Counted from the first letter of the stretch, positions 1 to 13,811 are shown. The stretch is 64,000 nucleotides of DNA from the human T2T-CHM13v2.0 reference genome, Homo sapiens (GCF_009914755.1 NC_060945.1); one strand, 5' to 3'. Translations and numbers: made by a program. The notes: generated by a model from the sequence alone, not told the origin.

Positions 1-117
1 TCAGACTGGAACTCACACCATCAGCTCTACCACCTCTTAGGTCTTAGGACTTAGGTCTCAGCTCTCCTGGTTCCCAGCTTGCTGCCTGCAGATCCTGGGG
101 CTTCTCAACTCCCATAA

Positions 118-545
<428 letters not shown>

Positions 546-2070
546 TCCTATTGATTCTGTTTCTCTGGGGTGCCCTAACACACAGTCTAAACCTAAAGTC
601 CATGGTTCACACGTGTTTGTATAAGATGCAGTATACACACACAGAAAGTTTACATTTTTCCCAATGTACAAGCCTGTCATTAATATTTTAATCTCAGGAC
701 AGCAGGATTAAAAAAAAATAAAGACCTATTGAGAATAACAGAACCTATTGTACGAAATGAACTGATACGGGTTTATTACATGGTAAATACATAGTCCCAT
801 AAACTGAGTATAACCTACCAAGTAGTTCTGAAGTTCAGTTCCGATCCCTCGGGATAGCTTCTGGAAAGAAGGAAATTTTGAAGCCAAGCACCTTCTTCAC
901 AATGTCTGTCCTTATTAGGTCAAAAAGACATTACCCTTTGGTAGTTCCTTATGTCATGCTATCACATTTATTATCCCCAGAGCTGTAGCTGTCTGAGGTT
1001 TTGCTACCTATTTCCTACCCACCCACGTGGGGCTGACATTTAGACATTCACTGCCCATCTATAGTTCTTGCATGATACATGGATTTGAATCTCCGCATCT
1101 GACCACCGGTTCCAGCCATGCCAAGCAGATAATGAACCCAAGGATCCAAGAAGAAAGGTTTTTTAATGGATTCAATATTTCTGGTTCACTTGTAGCATCT
1201 GGGAAAAGGTCTCAGGATCCCTGAGGCTGAAACTGAATATTTTGAGCAACTATGCACTAATGAAATAATCAAATCAAAATTAGAACTATTTAGATCATTT
1301 CTGTAGAGACCGTCTGCCTGCTCTCTGATGAAAGCACAGCAGAGGAAAAGTTTCCTTGTAACTTCCTCCCTTTTCATTTTGAGGGTGGGAAGCATGTTTC
1401 AAAGACCCATTAGAGCTTTAAATCAAGGAAAGATAAAAGAATCCACACCTGAATTCTAGGAGGGCTCATTCCAGACACAGAGCTGTTTTCTCCACCAGCA
1501 CTTCATGGTTGGCCCCAAACAGGCTTCAGTTGTTTTTAGTGCCTTGTGCATCTAATTCCAAAGAAATGGCTATTTTATTTGGCTTTTATTCTATTACTCA
1601 TGCAGTGCAACATGTCTGTGCAACCACACATCCAAGAAAGTGAAATATAAGAGATTAAAAACAGATCTGTCTAGTGAACAGGTGTCAAGCATTATCTAAT
1701 AGCAAACTAAATATAAAAACGGAGCCTAATTAGAGTTCTGGCATCTCTCCTGCTGTGGGCTTCACAGCTCTTTAACTCTTGAAGTTGCTTCTCAGATCAA
1801 AGACCAGAATTCATCAACAAAGGGAGGCTGTGATTTCTGTATTTAGGAGGGTGTGCACGTGCATGTGCACATATGGGAAGGGAAGGAAAGAGGGCCTGGG
1901 AAGGGGCAGTTTTGCCAGGCAGTGCCAAAGAGTGAGCTACACTGATGAGAAGTTGCTTTTCTATCAAAGGCATTGAATGAGAATAAAAATAAAATTAAAA
2001 TAAATTTTAAAAAAGAAATTGCTTTTCCTGAAAAAGACTTCTAGACACTTGTTCCTCAAAGTGTGTTCCT

Positions 2071-3143
2071 TCCCGGGTGTGTATCAAAAATGAGAATAAG
2101 AATTTACCAGCGACTCTTTTGGCAGAGACCTGGGCACACTGGCCAGCAGAGAGCTGGGACCTGTTAGTGCAGAGAAGGCAGGGTCCATGCTGCCACCGCC
2201 TCCCCTCGGGTGCTGTTGCCCCGGGCCCGAAGCACTAGGCAGTCTGCCCGGTTCTGCCCATGGCTTCTGCTCCAGAGGAGCCCAGCAGGGATACTCACAG
2301 TGGAAGAGTGAGGGGCTGTCCCTGAGGAGGCCCTGGCTGCTGCCCCAAGTGGCACTGTCTCCCAAAGGCTTTGGAGGCCCCAGAGGGCAAAGGGGCCGAA
2401 GACCCAGCTTTGAATGTAGTTGAGAGATTCTTGGAACAGTGATGCTTGTTACAGAAGAATTTACTGGGAATTGAAAAGGTGGCTTTAGTCCATATGTTAT
2501 TAGCCTGAGATGATAAGGAGTTTTAACCAGTGGACCCCATGGTATGGCATGGGCCTGGGCAACAGAGTGAGGCTCTGTCTAAAAAAAAAAAAAAAGAAAG
2601 AAAGAAAGAAATACAGTCGTGGGCACCATCCCAGAGGCACTGAGTCAGAACGTGTATTTCTAAGCACTGATTGCCAGTTGATTCATATGCACATTAAGGT
2701 CACAAAAGTGTGTTTCAGGAATTGGAATGGATTGGATTGGGATTTGCAGCAAGGCGGGCATGGGGTCAGGCTAAAGTAGGCGTTTTTCTCATGGTATGGA
2801 AAAAATTCCCAACGGGAACATATTTTATATGGATTTGCATATTTAACAAATGTTTGTAAAAGCCTATATCTGCGCTTTTAACAGGTTTAGGTATTTTAGG
2901 GTAGGGTGTGGAATAGATTTCCAAGACAGGAGCCCTGATTTATACCGTCGTGCTGTGGAAAAGGATTGACTTGCCTTCATTATTCAGGACCAACTGGAGT
3001 GGGAGTTGGGGCTACCTTTGCTTACATGCTCCCTCTTACTTCTTCCATTTGAATCCTGTTACACTTGGGTTGAAAAAAATCATAAAATATTTTGCCTTGA
3101 AAACAGAAAAAAAAATTTAAAAAAAAGAAAAGGAACTAAAAAA
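2071..3143 (+). pseudogene. Probable processed (retroposed) mRNA copy, parent gene not identified
   Basis: GC-rich 5' part with gcccATGg (2260), AT-richer 3' part, A-rich tail 3107-3143, degenerate TSD aaagtgtgttcct/aagagggtggcct; interrupts MER5A1; multiple stops. Confidence 0.55.
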
Positions 3144-3199
3144 GAGGGTGGCCTCAGACCACAGAATGCCCTAGCAGCTTGTTAGAAATACAGTCTTGG

Positions 3200-3517
3200 G
3201 GCCGGGCGTGGTGGCTCATGCCTGTAATCCCAGCACTTTGAGAGGGGGAGGCAGGCAGATCACCTGAGGTCAGGAGTTCGAGACCAGCCTGGCCAACCTG
3301 GTAAAACCCCGCCTCTACTAAAAATACAAAAATTAGCCAGGCATGGTGACACGCACCTGTAATCCCAGCTTCTCTGGAGGCTGAGGCAGGAGAATCCCTT
3401 GAATCCAGGAGGCGGAGGTTGCAGTGAGCTGAAATCACTACTGCACTCCAGCCTGGGCAACAGAGCGAGACTCTGTCTCAAAAAAACAAAAACAAACACA
3501 AACAAACAAACAAAAAA
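3200..3517 (+). mobile_element. AluS (Sx-like)
   Basis: Full dimer with (CAAA)n tail; 16-bp TSD agaaatacagtcttgg at 3184-3199 and 3518-3533. Confidence 0.95.
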
Positions 3518-3737
3518 AGAAATACAGTCTTGGGCACCATCCCAGAGGCACTGAGTCAGAACCTATATTTCTAAGCACTGACTGCCAGTTGATTCATATG
3601 CACATTAAGGTTACAAAAGTATGTTTCAAGAATTGGAATCGATTGGATTGGGGTTTGCAGCAAGGCGGGAATAGGGCTGGGCTAAAGTTTTCCTGAAGAG
3701 GCAGATTTGAGTGGGATACTCGGCAGTTGCCTGAGGC

Positions 3738-3959
3738 TGAGGTCAGCAAGCTTTTCCTGTAAAGGTCCAGACAATAAATACGTAGGCTTTGCAGGTCATA
3801 CAGCTTCTGTCGCAACTAGTCAACTATATCACTGTAGCGCAAAAGCAGCCACAGACATAATGTAAACAAGTAGGCATGGCCATATTCCAATAAAACTTTA
3901 TTTGCAAAAACAGGCGCTGGGTCCAGTTTGGCTCATGGGGAGTAGTTTCCTGACCCCTG
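3738..3959 (+). mobile_element. MER58A hAT-Charlie element
   Basis: gtcagcaa.cttttcctgtaaagg.ccaga...ttccaataaaactttattt...gtagttt.ctgacccctg. Confidence 0.85.
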
Positions 3960-4077
3960 GCCCAAGAGAACAAGTGTGTCTTCATAAAGTGTGGAACATT
4001 CTAGATCAATTGTGGGTTGGGTTGTACCTGGTCCCAAGACTCAAGCTCTCACTAGCTTCTGAAGCCAGCTCTGTTAA

Positions 4078-4410
<333 letters not shown>

Positions 4411-4610
4411 CAAGGCTTTTTCTTTAAAAATTAAGGAGATGTGATGTAGTTCTATTCCTCAAGCATGCTCCTTATTCTGAAAAATGTTCAAAACTCAGGT
4501 TACTGTACACTTAGAGCACTCCTAATTATCTACTGCTTAAAACTCTCCTAATTATCTTTTGATAACCCTCAGGAGGCAGGAGAACCAGAGGATGACGAAG
4601 TCAACCTACC

Positions 4611-4955
4611 TGTGCCTCTCAGTCCCTTTTGCCTTGCTATAAAGGAATACCTGAGGCTGGGTAATTTATAAAGAAAAGAGGTATATTTTGGCTTATAGTT
4701 CTGTGGGCTGTGCAGGAGACATGGCGCCAGCATCTGCTCCTGGTGAGGCCTCAGGAAGTTTACAATTGTGGCGGAAGGTGAAGGAAGAGCAGTCATGGTG
4801 AGAGAGGGAGAAAGAAAGAGAGGGGACAGGTATCAGATTATTTTTAATAAGCAGAGCTCACATGAACTCATTGCTGCTGGGAGGGCACTAGCCACTCATG
4901 GGGATCCGCCCCTATGACCAAAACACTTCCCACCAGGCCCCACCTCCAACATCGG
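4611..4955 (-). mobile_element. MST (MSTB-like) MaLR solo LTR
   Basis: ttgctataaaggaatacctgaggctgggtaatttataaagaaaagagg...ccaggccccacctccaaca. Confidence 0.85.
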
Positions 4956-5210
4956 AGCCGACCCCGAGACAGAGGATAAATAGAGGAACCAGGTGGAAAA
5001 AAAACAAAATACACTGAAAGTCTGTTTACAGACTGGTGGAATCCTTATATTCGTCCCCCACTTACCCTCAGAACTTCGGAAGGCAATTTAATAAACTTTT
5101 CTCTTGAGATTTTAAAAGCCCCAAAATAAAGACCTCCAGTATTGACATTTTGGGATCCCCAGTTGTCCCCCAAGGCTACAATGACATCTACCCATCAAAA
5201 AGTTCCTTGC

Positions 5211-5502
5211 AGGCTGGGCACAGTAGCTCATGCCTATAATCCCAACACTTTGGGAGGCCGAGGCGGGAAGATCACCTGAAACCAGGAGTTTGAGACCAGC
5301 CTGAGCAATATAGTGAGCCCCTGTTTCTACATAAAATTTAAAAATTACCCTGGCATGCACCTGTAGTCCCGGCTACTTGGGAGGCTGAGGCAGGAGAATC
5401 ACTTGAGCCTAGGAGTTCAAGGTTGCAGTGGAGCTATGATCATGCCATTGCACTCCAGCCTGGGTGACAGAGCGAGACCCTGTCTCTAAATAAATAAATA
5501 AA
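5211..5502 (+). mobile_element. AluJ
   Basis: J-type motifs (gagc.atgatc.tgcc, gagaccctgtctc), (TAAA)n tail, TSD ~aaaa.tccttgca. Confidence 0.9.
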
Positions 5503-5680
5503 ATTTAAACTAAAAAAATTTTTTAAAAAAATCCTTGCAACACAGGAAATGTCCTTTCAACTTTGCGTTACCTTTCTTAAATATAAATAGAAAGCCGAGT
5601 ATTAGCTGATATTCAAGGAAGGCCATCAAAATTAAAGGCATATACCCAAACATACAAATCAGGAATAAAGAAACCCTGAG

Positions 5681-5997
5681 GCCAGGTGCAATGGCTCATG
5701 CCTGTAATCTCAGCACTTTAGGAGACCAAGGAATGTGGATCACTTGAACCTAGGAGTTTAAGACCAACCTGGGAAACATGGCGAGACGTTGTCTCTACAA
5801 ACAATTAAAAAATTAGCTGGGCGTGGTGATGCATGCCTGTAGTCCCAACTACTTGGGAGGCTGAGGTGGGAGGATCACCTGAGCCTGGAGGTTGAGGCTG
5901 CAGTGAGCCGTGACTGTGCCACTGAACTCCAACCTGGGTGACAGACTGTGACCTTGCCTCAAAAAAAGAAAAAAAACAGAAAAGAAAAGAAAAAAAG
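5681..5997 (+). mobile_element. AluJ
   Basis: Dimer with gaggtgggaggatcacctgagcc and an A-rich tail. Confidence 0.9.
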
Positions 5998-6135
5998 AGC
6001 TCTGAGTTCTAGAAATTTGTTTTAAACTTCAAAGGAAAAAAAATCATTACTATGAAAGATAAGAGTTTGAATTCATGAAACAAGCACAAGATGCTATGTA
6101 AAACAATTAGAAAATAGCAAAGAGCTCTTGGAAAT

Positions 6136-6735
6136 TTCTGTAATCAAAATACACATAACATAAAATGTACCATCTTAACCATTTCTAAGTGTTCGAGGGT
6201 ATCAAGTACATTCATATTGTTGTGCAACCATCACCACCACCTTCTATCTCCAGAACGCTTTTCATCTTGCAAAGCTGAAACTTTGTACTGATTAAACAAT
6301 AATTCCCCATTCCACATCCCCCCTTGGCAAAAACCATTCAACTTTCTATGTCTATAAAGTTAACTACTCTGGAGACTTTACCTAAGTGAAATCAGACAGA
6401 ATTTGTCTTTTTATGACACACTTATATCACTTAGTACAATGTCTTCAAGGTTCACCCACGTTGTAGCATGTGTCAGAATTTTCTTCCTTTTAAGGCTGAA
6501 TTAATATTCCATCATATGTATATACCACAGTTTGCTTATCCATTCACCCACTGATGGACACTTTGGTTGTTTCTACCTTTTGGCTATCGTGAATAATGCT
6601 GCTATGAACTTGACTATACAAATATTTCTTTAAGACCCTGCTTTCAATTATTTGGGGTATATGCCCAGAAGTGGAACTGCTGGGTAATATGGTAATTCTA
6701 TTTTTAAATTTTTGAGAAATCACCATACTGTTTTC
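6136..6735 (-). mobile_element. L1MB 3' fragment
   Basis: Antisense L1MB 3' end: catataacataaaat.taccatcttaaccatt...gatggacac..ggttgtttc.accttttggctat.gtgaataatgctgctatgaac. Confidence 0.85.
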
Positions 6736-7285
6736 TTAAAAATTTGTAATGTAATAGAAAATTTTAAAAGTACCCCCCAAATAAAGATGAAAGAAAACAT
6801 TAAGAAACTCTTCCAGAAAGTAGAACAGAGACTAGAAATATAAAACAGAAAAGAGAAAAAAAAAATGAGGATTGCTCCATAAGGTCAATTATCCTAAGAG
6901 GAACTCCAGAAAGAAGGAATAGAAAAAATAAAGAAGAAAAAATTATTATCTAAAGAAATGCAAGACATTTACCCTAAAACTTAAGAAAATTAGTTTCTAA
7001 AATGAAAGGGTCACTAAGAGCTTAGTACAAGTCATGATGAAATCTCAGAACCCCAGAGATAAAGAAAAGATATTACAGTTTTTAGAGAGTGATGGGAGGA
7101 ATCAGTTTACATGCTAAGGGGTGAAACTCAGAATGGTACCTTACTTCTCAATACCATCCTTGGGAGCTTAAAAAAAAAAAAAAGGTAGTGTTACTTTTAA
7201 AATTCTGCATAAAAACACATTTCCACCTAGCAATCTATATCTAGCTAAACTATCAATCAAGTGGAATAAAACATTTTTTAAATGC

Positions 7286-7593
7286 TTTTTTTTTTTTTTT
7301 TTTTTTTTTTGAGATAGGGTCTCACTCTGTCACCCAGGCTGGAGTGCAGTGGCATGATCACAGCTTACTGCCTCTAATTTCTGGGCTCAAGTGATCCTCC
7401 CACTTCAGCCTCCTGAGTAGCTGGGACTACAGGAACATGCCACCATGCCCAGCTAATTTTTTGTATTTTTTTGTAGAGACAAGGTTTCACTATGTTGCCC
7501 AGGCTGGTCTTGGACTCCTGGGCTCAAGTAATCTGCTGACCTCAGCCTCCCAAAGTGCTGGGATTACAGATGTGAGCCACTGTGCCCAGCCCA
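7286..7593 (-). mobile_element. AluJ
   Basis: T25 tail; gagatagggtctcactctgtcacccagg, ctgggctcaagtgatcctccc. Confidence 0.9.
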
Positions 7594-7889
7594 GCAAATT
7601 TTTTGAAGAATGGGTGAGCTTATAAATGGAAGACAAGGCCCAATCATTAGACTCATGGATTCAATCCTGTAAGAGAGAGGAGCACAAGAATGTCTCAGGA
7701 AGGAAGTAAAGGGCAGGACAAGAACAACTAGTCCAGCTGAAGGTGTAGAGAAGCCCTAGAAGAGAGGTCAGCAGGAAGAGGATATGAATCAAATGAATCG
7801 ACAGACATATTGCACATTTGTAAAATAACAAGCTGCTGATGGAGCAATTAGAGGGGTTCATAGAAAATGAAGCAAATGAAAAAAAGGAA

Positions 7890-8261
<372 letters not shown>

Positions 8262-8295
8262 CTACACTGAATGTTGCAACTTGACATGTAATTTA

Positions 8296-8600
<305 letters not shown>

Positions 8601-8770
8601 CTATAACTATCAACAAAGAAGAACTGGAGTTGAAGGATAAATGGCATAGCCTCCCATTCATTGGATGGCCAATTCTAGGAAGTATTCTCCATTCTCCACC
8701 AAAGTCCTGGCAAGATTGCCTTTGCCTACCTCAGTGACTTTACTAATTACATCCTTATAAGAACTTGTCC

Positions 8771-9055
8771 TTTTTTTTTTTTTTTTTTTTTTTTGAGACA
8801 GAGTCTCACTCTGTCTCCCAGGCTGGAGTGCAGTGGCTCGATCTCGGCTCACTGCAAGCTCCGCCTCCCGAGTTCACACCACTCTCCTGCCTCAGCCTCC
8901 TGAGTAGCTGGGACTACAGGCGCCTGCCACCACGCCCGGCTAATTTTTTGTATTTTTAGTAGAGACGGGGTTTCACCGTGTTAGCCAGGGTGGTCTCAAA
9001 CTCCTGACCTTGTGATCTGCCCGCTCGGCCTCCCAAAGTGCTGGGACTACAGGCG
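8771..9055 (-). mobile_element. AluY/Sc-like, slightly 5' truncated
   Basis: T24 tail, ctgcaagctccgcctccc, CpG-rich. Confidence 0.9.
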
Positions 9056-11525
9056 AATTCATCCTTCTTATCTGTCTCATTCTCCCTGCTCCCTCATTCC
9101 TAGTTTCTGGGATCATATTGCAGATAGAGCACCTGCAATGAAAACAAACCCCATTTTCATTTTTCCCCCACCCCTACTTAAATCCAGCCTGCACAGCCTC
9201 ACCATTTGAATAAAATCTAAGACAAATCCAATGATCTCTGTGTGTGTTTTGGGGGTGGAGAGGGTCTTTATTAAGTAATTTAAAAGCTTCTTGGCCATCT
9301 AAAATAAGAAAAAATGACTTGTTTCAGTGTTAAAATCTCCAGATCTACCTAATGATATGTATTTTACTTAAATTTAGAGCTCCACCTTCTCTGACTGTCC
9401 CATTCTGGGCCGGTTGGCTGCCTGAGGGGGTTGGCAGCTCAGCCTTGCGTTTTCTGCTTTCTACTCTCAGCTTGTTAAGCAAGGTTGCTGGCCCCTTCAG
9501 GATGGGAGAAAGGAGAGGTAAGGTTCAAGCGAGCAAGAAAGGTCAGATTTGCCATAAGATGGCCAAGCTGCTTCTGGGCTGGATAGGGGGGTTTGAGAGA
9601 CCCCCCCATTCCAGTCGTTCTTGGGGTTTTTCTCACCTGCAATTCTCTTGATACTGGCCAATGCCTTTCCCTGGCTGGCCACTCCTTGTTTTCCCTTCAG
9701 CTCCTGGGAATCCAGTGGTCCCCCCATCCACTGTAGTCACCAGGTCCTCCAGGCCAAACTCAGAATTCAGATGACCCCTCTCATGTGGTCCCATCTGACT
9801 CAGTCTCACTTTTAGATTTTTTTAAGTGTGATTCAGGCACCACCTAATAGGTCTCCACAGGCTCTTGGAGACTTGCATCAGGGACCCCTGGAAACCCCTT
9901 TCCCTAGGCTGGGGGTGAAGGAAAAGTATTTTCCATCCCTTCCATGTGTGTTAGGGTGTATATTGGGTGAGGGGGGATTACTCTGACAGCTCTCTCCAAA
10001 AGGACTCATCTAATCTCCAACTCCCTAGACTTCTACAGTCTCTTTGTATAGACTGGAGCCGGGTGGTCAGTTAAGAGCAAAATCTCATTATTGGATTCTC
10101 CATTGCAAGTCCTGCTTGGCGGCCTCTTTCCTCACTTTGAAATGTGGGATTCATCAGCCTCTTTTGTCTTGGAGTTTTAGCTTAAATGGAGGGAAAAAGC
10201 ATCCTATTTTAACATCCTGTTACACATAATACACAACTTGGTTCAGCACTAAATAACATTTACATGGTTGTAATAATGTAAACACTGAAGACTGATTTAA
10301 CAAAAAATGATGATGGCACCGTAACGGGAGATGGGCAGAAGGATGAGAGAGCCGCAGCTTCATCTACCAAGTGTGAAAGTCAAGGCTCTGAACTGCAAAC
10401 AGCAGACTTTCCCTGACTAATGAAAGCAGGAAATGAGGTTATTAAAGGAGATCAGGTCACTCTCCAGCATCTTAAGGAACAATGCCCAGCCACACTGCGG
10501 GCTGCTCTGTGAATGCCCCGCTGTCTCTAGTGCCCAGCACCCACACTACACCTGATACATCACACCACTGATGCCTGGGACCATATACCAGAGGCTCTAC
10601 CCGTTCAGTTTCACAAACGCCAAACTGTGAGCCACCCACCACGGCTGCCAGAAGATTCCTTCCCCTGCACGCCCCTTTCCTCATGGGCTTACTTTGGGAT
10701 CAAAATCTTAATAAGGGGCATCTGATTGATGAAGTCTAAATTCCACGCCTGCGACCCAGCTGTAATGTAATGACACATTTTTTTATGACTTCTATCTTGG
10801 GAACTCAGGAAATTACCAGAATACGAGGCGTGTTCAAAAAATGTTGAGCTTCTACAAGTAACAAATATCTGCTTCAGGAAGTCAACAGATAATGAGGAAA
10901 ATGGATAAATGCAAAAATTGCAGATAAGCATCTCGTCTAGAAAGATAATGGTAAATACCAAAAGAAACAGCTCAGGGTTGAAAGTCCTGAAAAGAAGGAT
11001 GAGGGGAGACGATGGTGGGTCAAGGGCAGATGTTTTTTACATAAGTCGTTGGGAAATGTTAAATTTTTTTATACCATGCACATGTGATACCCTGATAAAT
11101 ATAAAATTGAGAAAGGGGTCACTTTCATAAGCATCAGATTTTAAAGGTACTGCACCTCAGGTACTGCAGTCCAGCTGGCCTGGTACAGCCGCTTGCCAGG
11201 ATATCTGGCATGTTGCCATATCATGCATTTTCTGCTAATCTGCCTGCAGCTGTCTACGGTGGAGGGGCTGCAGCCTCTCTTGCTAACAGTTCAACACTGG
11301 CATAAATGGGGAAACAGATTGGTTTGTTGGAATTTTTTGGTTTCTTCTTTTCTTTTTCTTTTTTTTTTGGGTTATCCACCATAAATATAAAGGTCTTGTT
11401 GAAACTTTAAAAATTATAATACCAAGTTCACCAAACATCTATTAATGCAGGATATTACATTTTACAAGGCTGCGCTTTCAAAAACAGACCAGAGAGTCCA
11501 GTGGACCTCTTGGCCTCCTGGGCCC

Positions 11526-11697
11526 AGGGTCTACTTCATGGGCAAGGGATCTGTGCAATGGCATAGGGGCCTATGCTCAAGCTTGGTTTAATGTTTAATG
11601 CTTGGTATTGCTGTCTGGAAATCCTTAATGATGTTTGAACAAGGCACGCTGCATTTTCATTTGGCACTGGGTCCTGCAAAATATGTAGCCAGTCCTG
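11526..11697 (+). mobile_element. MER91A-like hAT element
   Basis: caggg...cttcatgggc...gcattttcattt.gcactggg.cc.gcaaa.tatgtagcc.gtcctg. Confidence 0.75.
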
Positions 11698-11819
11698 CAT
11701 GGACCTCAAAGTCCAGCACCAAATGTAGGCATAAACACACAGGTCTCATTAGTCAAGCTTTAGTGTACTTCTTTTCTCCTGCTTCCTCATCTGCCTTTCG
11801 TCTCTCTCTCTCTCTCTGA

Positions 11820-12390
11820 GACTCTTAACTTGGGGACTCCACAAACTGCAGACAAACATTTCTGTGGACATGTGAATGTGAATAACATGGTTTGGATCTG
11901 TGTCCCCACCAAATCTCTTGTCGAATTCTAATCCCCAGTGTTGGAGGTAGGGCCTGGTGGGAGGTGACTGGACCATGGGGGTGGATTTCTAATGAATGGT
12001 TTAGAACCATCCCCTTGGCTCTGATCTCAGGACAATGAGTGAGTTCTCATGAGATCTGGTTGTTTAAAAATATGAGACCTCCCCCCTCTCTTGCCCTTGC
12101 TTCTGCTTTGGCCATATGAGGTGCCTGCTCCCCCTTCACCTTCCACCATGATTGTAAGTTTCCTGAGGCTTTCCCAGAAGCTGAGCAGATGCCAACACCA
12201 TGCTTCCTATACAGCCTACAGAACCATGAGCCAATTAAACCTCTTTTCTTTATAAATTACCCAGTCCAAGCTATTTCTTTATAGCAATATGAGAATGGAC
12301 TAATACAGTGCATTTTTCGGGAAAGAGTATCTCCTTAGCCTTTATCAGGTTCTCAAAAGTGCTGTGGCCTCCAAAATTTGAGAACCACCA
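11820..12390 (+). mobile_element. MER117-like DNA element interrupted by the MST LTR
   Basis: cttaac.tgggg...gcatttttc.gg.aaagag...agc.tt.atcag.ttctcaaaag...gagaaccac. Confidence 0.5.
11883..12307 (+). mobile_element. MSTB-like MaLR solo LTR
   Basis: atggtttggatctgtgtccccaccaaatctc...gagaatggactaataca; near-TSD gtgaa/gtgca. Confidence 0.9.
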
Positions 12391-13158
12391 ATTTACAGGA
12401 GCTTTGGCCTTCTAGTTTCTCTTTAACTACTCAGCATAAATGTGGATGTCATCCTATGTCACCTCCAAGCCTTATTGATAGCAGGTGGCACATAAATGAT
12501 AACTACATGGAGTGTTCACTGAGTAGGCGGAGCCAGGTCCTTGCATTTCTCATCACCAGGTGTCCCTCCCAAAGGAGAAGACTGCACCAAACAGTGGGCA
12601 AACCTCCTTTGTTTAAAATGGCTAGAAATGGTATAATCACTAGTCAAACTCTCTCCTGAGATCAAAAAGCAGTTGCTTGAAAGCAAAGTTCTCGCAGTAG
12701 CTCTCTATCTAGAAGGAGGCATTTTATTTATGTAAGGAAGTCACCTAAAAGAAAATTCATTTGTTATGGTGTGGCTTTAAGAGTTACTTACTTTTAATGG
12801 AATCCCCCAGATAATAATAAATTCTGAAAAAAAAAAAAATCAGAATCATGGCATGTTAAAACTGGATACATTCCTAGAAATAGATGGAAACTGCTCTTGC
12901 AAAAAGCTTAGCACATGTTAAAGCATTTTAGAAACAATTTGCCAAAGTTTATTTAGTCTAGTGATTTTGACAGGTTAAATGGACCCTTTGAGATCTTTTT
13001 TCCTCAAGTACAAAGGCTCACTTGCTTAATGAACACAGTCCCAGAAAAGCAGGGGGCTGAACCTTGGCTCTACCATCTTACCTAAGATTCTAGAGTTAGC
13101 AAAGGGTTTCCACAAGCCCAAATTATTATGTTTAATCTTTTCAATTATCTGTGAAGCA

Positions 13159-13235
13159 TTAGGTTGGTGCAAAAGTAACTGCAGGTTTTGACATTAAAAC
13201 TGGCAAAAACTGCAATAACTTTTGCACCAACATAA
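13159..13235. mobile_element. MADE1 (Hsmar1-derived palindromic MITE)
   Basis: ttaggttggtgcaaaagtaactgc...gcaataacttttgcaccaacataa, i.e. two Hsmar1 terminal inverted repeats with a short spacer. Confidence 0.9.
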
Positions 13236-13267
13236 GAACACTATCCCCATTGTTCAGGTAAAGAAAT

Positions 13268-13644
13268 TGATATGGTTTTGCTGTGTTCCCACCCAAATCT
13301 CACCTTGAATTGTAGTCCCCATAATCCTCATGTGTGATGGGAGGGGCCCACTGGGAGGTAATTGAATCATGGGGGCGGTTACCCTAGTGCTGCTGTTCTC
13401 ATCATAGTGAGTGAGTTCTCATGAGATCCGATGGTTTTTTAAGGGGCTTTCCCCACTTTTGCTCATTCTTCTACTTCCTGCCACTACATGCAGAAGGACA
13501 TGTCTGCTTCCCCTTCCACCATGATCGTAAGTTTCCTGAGGCCTCCGCAACCCTGTGGAACTGTGAGTCAATTAAACCTCTTTCCTTTACAAATTACCTA
13601 GTCTTGGGTACGTCTTTATAGCAGCAGGAGAATGGACTAATACA
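13268..13644 (+). mobile_element. THE1 (C/D-like) solo LTR inserted in a MIR fragment
   Basis: tgatatggtt...ctaataca with exact 5-bp TSD gaaat (13263-67 and 13645-49). Confidence 0.9.
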
Positions 13645-13811
13645 GAAATCAAAACTCAGAGAAGTTGTATAACATGCTCAAGGCCAAGAATGCAGCAGGA
13701 TGAACAGAGTTGTTGGACTCTGAATCAAGTGCTCCTTTCACTACCAGTGACAGTGATGCTTTCCCCAAATAGCTTCTCTGCAAAGTCTCTGCTGAATGGC
13801 TTCATAGGGAG

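Larger units (their letters stand above)
2047..3615 (+). mobile_element. MER5A1-like hAT MITE split into three pieces (2047-2070, ~3152-3199, ~3518-3615) by a retrocopy and an Alu
   Basis: ctcaaagtgtg.tcc / cagacc...cttgttagaaat.cag / ccca...ctga.tcagaa...tgattcatatgcacattaa are collinear with the recalled MER5A1 consensus. Confidence 0.65.
5530..7285 (+). mobile_element. Very old L1ME-like ORF1 region, fragmented
   Basis: A-rich degenerate L1 ORF1-like text (gaactccagaaagaagg, aatctatatctagctaaactatcaatcaagtg); interrupted by an AluJ and an antisense L1MB. Confidence 0.45.

Noticed and set aside
12821-12846. attctga-(A)n-tcagaat hairpin
   Set aside because: Only a 7-bp stem; expected by chance.
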